A program made the translations under genes and the position numbers. The notes under the pieces are model-generated. The model had not been told where the DNA came from. It saw nothing but the letters and a program-made list of their open reading frames with translations, and ran no database searches. From Squalus acanthias (Eukaryota), in contig JASTWF010000495.1 in assembly GCA_030390025.1 (NCBI GenBank), positions 248,001 through 312,000 of the forward strand: DNA of 64,000 nucleotides. The letters are read 5' to 3'. Positions within the stretch are counted from its first letter, which is position 1. Each line of letters opens with the position of its first letter. Of the stretch, positions 62,101-64,000 are shown piece by piece.

Positions 62101-64000
62101 TAACCCTGATGATCGCTCCTCTTACGGCTTTTGACGCCTGTACCTGTTACAGGGAATAGACTGGTTTCAGAAAACAGAGGTTGCTTAAACCCTGCCTTAT
62201 CCCAACACCATTCTCTCAAATTGATTCTCACTGCCGAAGCTGTTGGGAGGCACGGTGCCTGATATAAAGAGAGGGGAGACTTGGAAGTGTATAAAGCAAG
62301 AGGTGAACATGGCGGCCATTGAATAGTGGGTCCTCATATTCGAAGGATGGGAGGGAGAATTCGTAAGGGGTCATTTTGGGAGTCTGTTCTCCCTGCCTGG
62401 AGTCTCAGTACATGGGAGCGGGGTCGGAGACGGGACTGATTGTACAACCTGCGATCATGCCCAGTGAGACTGTACATCAGTAGCAGGGTGTGGTCATGTG
62501 ACCTGGTAATACATGGACTGGGAGGGGCTTGGGCTGCTTTGTGACATCGTTCCTGGCTGCTGTTGTGATTGTCTTGTGGCTCCTTTGTGATGTCACCTGG
62601 AGACAGGTTTACGCCCCTGGTTACAGATCAGCAAGATGTCACTGTGGGAGGAGCTGGAGTCGGCAGCAGTCTGGCGAGTGAGTTTAGTCCCTGTAAATAG
62701 GGGAAGGAAAGAAAAGAACAATTTAACAGTAAAGTAAGTAATTCAACCAAATGCCATTAATTGTAAATATATTGAACTGATCATAGTCACAAAAACAGTC
62801 CCACTGTATTCCAGTTACAGATTGTAAAATTAATAATCATTTTTATATTACCAGTTTCTTGAGTGAGCAATATCTCTGGAAGGTGGAGAGAGAGAAGTCG
62901 AATCATCACCACACTAACTGGAACTGGAGAAATGTCACTGGGTTCACAGAGCAGATCTGGTGGGACAAGACCTTCAGTGTCGATGACAGGATAAAACGGG
63001 AAGCTTCAACAATGATTGGAAAGGTAAGGAACTCTACTGAGAATCCCATTAGTTCAGGATTCAGAGCTGAGAGTCTAACCAGATACTGGGAGCTGTTCAA
63101 CATCTGTCATAAGGCTTGGACTTTGATGCGGCATTTGACCGGAGCTTACCTCGTACATAAACCTTGCCCGCACCTCACCTGGGAGTGTTTGACACCTACA
63201 TGTAGAGGGATTTTTATTCTGTATTGATCCCATGCTGTGCCTGAGCTGGTGTGCTTCATTGGGTAGTGTAAAGGGAGCTGTACACTGCACTGAACACATT
63301 CTGTATCTGAGTTGGCTGTTCTTGGTGAACTAATTTAGAGGGAGCTTTACTCTGTATCTAACCCGTGCTCTGCGACTGTTTGATGGGACAGTGTAGAGGG
63401 AGCTTCACTCTGTATTCAACCCGTGCTGTACCTGCCCTGGAACAGTTTGATGGGACTGTGTAGTGGGATCTTTTCACTCTATCTAACCCGTGCTCTACCT
63501 GACCTGAGAGTTATTGATGCAACGATGTAGAGGGAGCTTTACTCTGCATCTAACCCGTGCTGTACCTGACCTGGGAGTGTTTGATGGGAAAGTGTAGATT
63601 GAGCTTCACTCTTTATCTAACCCTTGCTGTACCTGCCCTGGGACTGTTTGATAGGAAAGTGTAGAGGGAGCCTTACTCTATATCTAACCCGTGCTGTACC
63701 TTCCCTGGGACTGTTTGATAGGACAGTGTTAGAGGGTTATTTACACTATACCTAACCCGTGCTATAGCTGACCTGGGAGTATTTGATAGGACTGTATAGA
63801 GGGAGCTTTACTCTTTATCTAACCCGTGCTGTACCTGCCCTGGGATTGTTTGATGGGACTGTGTACAGGGAACCTTACACTGTTCTAACCCTTGCTATAC
63901 CTGACCTGAGAATTTTTGATGGGACAGTGTAGACAGAAATCTACGCCGTATCTAACCTGTGCTATACCTGCACTGGGACTGTATGGTGGGACAGTGTAGA
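50192..64000 (+). repeat. Segmental duplication, copy 2 (runs off the window end)
   Basis: Begins at GATTCAGACGCACAG (= 558), fused to a LINE fragment; offset 49.6-50.1 kb because of indels. Confidence 0.97.
58735..60440 (+). mobile_element. L2-like LINE with a nested antisense CR1 (59522-60162)
   Basis: YADDTQLY and LADLHWLPVQQ motifs interrupted by a CR1 3' end; mostly deleted in duplication copy 1. Confidence 0.88.

Overview
Repeat-rich vertebrate genomic DNA, not prokaryotic. The repeat repertoire (CR1/L2 LINEs, Penelope-like elements, a DeuSINE/SacSINE1-like SINE, a 67-bp satellite) and the class I protein sequence point to a cartilaginous fish (shark). The only intact gene I can support is a minus-strand, 8-exon MHC class I heavy-chain gene (~23.7-34.3 kb). 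All its junctions are GT-AG, the coding introns are phase 1, and the CDS is 1032 nt (343 aa). It looks non-classical: Y59S, T143I, loss of the N86 glycan and no N-glycosylation sequon in the ectodomain. Its promoter has an X1-X2-Y module resembling the mammalian class II (HLA-DRA-type) module. Its introns are filled with minisatellites, two of which reiterate the 5' splice site. A minimal type I hammerhead ribozyme sits in an 84-bp Penelope-derived insertion ~1.6 kb upstream. The gene lies between two copies of a >=13-kb segmental duplication (558-13906 and 50192-64000). That duplicated block holds C2H2 zinc-finger remnants, a broken Gypsy-like LTR element with an env-like region, and a multi-copy two-exon gene remnant of unknown identity. 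A ~200-N assembly gap lies in MHC intron 6. The long ORFs in the supplied track come from tandem repeats or transposons. All identities were judged by eye; no searches were run.
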